A stretch of 64,000 nucleotides of DNA from Octopus sinensis (lineage: Eukaryota), in assembly GCF_006345805.1 (NCBI RefSeq), contig NW_021832383.1, forward strand, positions 1-64,000, written 5' to 3'. This document shows positions 62,938 to 64,000 of this stretch, piece after piece. Under the pieces are notes generated by a model. It was given only the letters and a program-made list of their open reading frames with translations. It was not told the origin of the DNA and made no database searches. The translations under genes and the position numbers were made by a program. Position 1 is the stretch's first letter; every line of letters starts with the position of its first letter.

Positions 62938-63290
62938 AAGATGAGTCGATTACATCGACCCCCAGTATTCAACTGGTACTTATTTTATCGACCCCGAAAG
63001 GATGAAAGGCAAGGTCGATCTCGGCGGAATTTGAACTCAGAAAGTAGCGACGGGTGAAATACCTATTTCTTTACTACCCACAAGGGGGCTAAACACAGAG
63101 GGGACAAACAAGGACAGACATAGGTATTAAGTCGATTACATCGACCCCAGTGCGTAACTGGTACTTATTTTATCGACCCCCGAAAGGATGAAAGGCAAGG
63201 TCGATCTCGGCGGAATTTGAACTCAGAAAGTAGCTACGGACGAAGTGCCATCAAGCATTTTGTCCGGCACGCTGACGATTCTGCCATGAA
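62938..63290 (-). mobile_element. Family B SINE with duplicated 3' part
   Basis: Sequence match to other copies. Confidence 0.8.
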
Positions 63291-63365
63291 TTGACGTTTG
63301 ACTGTCACCACACACAAAACACACACACCACATATTTAAGCAAATTTTAAGATAAAAAAACATAC

Positions 63366-63495
63366 TTCCAAGTTTGATATGGTTCGGTGACCACGGCTCG
63401 AAGTTGTGAGACCATTCCTGGAGGATGCGATCACAATAATAACCAGTAATCCATCCGTGAATCGTGTTCTCGATCATGGGACAATCCTCAGCCAT
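63366..63495 (-). CDS. TRF: TRF-like telomere repeat-binding factor, coding exon 1 (MAEDCPMIENTIHGWITGYYCDRILQEWSHNFEPWSPNHIKLG)
   Basis: ATG in AACAATGGC context; E-x5-W-x3-Y/F pattern resembles TRFH helix 1 of vertebrate TRF1/TRF2 (from memory); donor A|GTATGT is phase 1, matching the next exon. Confidence 0.8.
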
Positions 63496-63639
63496 TGTTA
63501 CCACTCCCCGCCATAACACATCGCATTTCAAAACACCGGTGACGCATTAATCATTGAACCCAATTGAAATAGTTCCACTTTCATTTTACACTCTTTCACT
63601 CCTTCGCTCTAGCTATCTTTCTTACTTTCTTTCTATCGA

Positions 63640-63642
63640 CCA

Positions 63643-63686
<44 letters not shown>

Positions 63687-63739
63687 GTCTATCCATCCAT
63701 CCGTCTATCTATCTATCTATCTATCTATCGATCGATCTA

Positions 63740-63831
<92 letters not shown>

Positions 63832-63935
63832 TCTATATATCTATCTATCTTTCTATCTATCTATCTATATATCTATCTATCTATCTATCTGTCTGTCTAT
63901 CTATTTATCTATCTATCTATCTATCTATCTATCTC
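63640..63935. repeat. (TCTA)n/(TCTG)n tetranucleotide tract about 150 bp upstream of the TRF start codon
   Basis: Direct inspection. Confidence 0.95.
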
Positions 63936-64000
63936 CCCCTTTTTCCTCTTTTTTCTTCCTTTTTCATTTTTCTTTTCTTTTGTTTCTTTTCTTTTTTCCC

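Overview
AT-rich, microsatellite-dense eukaryotic genomic DNA. The SINE complement and repeat style point to a coleoid cephalopod, most likely Octopus (inference). One host gene can be built by hand on the minus strand from 63495 to 39842: a telomere repeat-binding factor (TERF1/TERF2-like) with an N-terminal TRFH-like domain and a C-terminal telobox Myb domain. Ten exons have GT-AG sites and compatible phases; one small phase 2->0 exon is unresolved (about 418 aa with the best candidate). The rest is mobile-element debris: four SINE families (several copies with clean TSDs), two Penelope-like remnants (GIY-YIG, RT thumb), RTE and CR1-like 3' ends, a Ty3/gypsy gag-protease fragment, mariner/Tc1 and hAT MITEs, long inverted repeats and tandem arrays. 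The most striking unannotated signal is a dense population of type I hammerhead-ribozyme (HHR) folds, about 15 intact-to-decayed motifs from several unrelated short elements. They include a tRNA-headed SINE that ends in a hammerhead, a two-hammerhead cassette, a hammerhead on a ~37-bp stem in the TRF 3' region, and a near-intact sense-strand hammerhead inside a TRF intron. Also notable are a SINE head built from tandem hairpin+pseudoknot modules and a 195-bp intronic array whose units each carry an in-frame 63-nt pseudo-exon. All structures were folded by eye and no database search was run. Nearly all ORFs in the supplied track are microsatellite artefacts.
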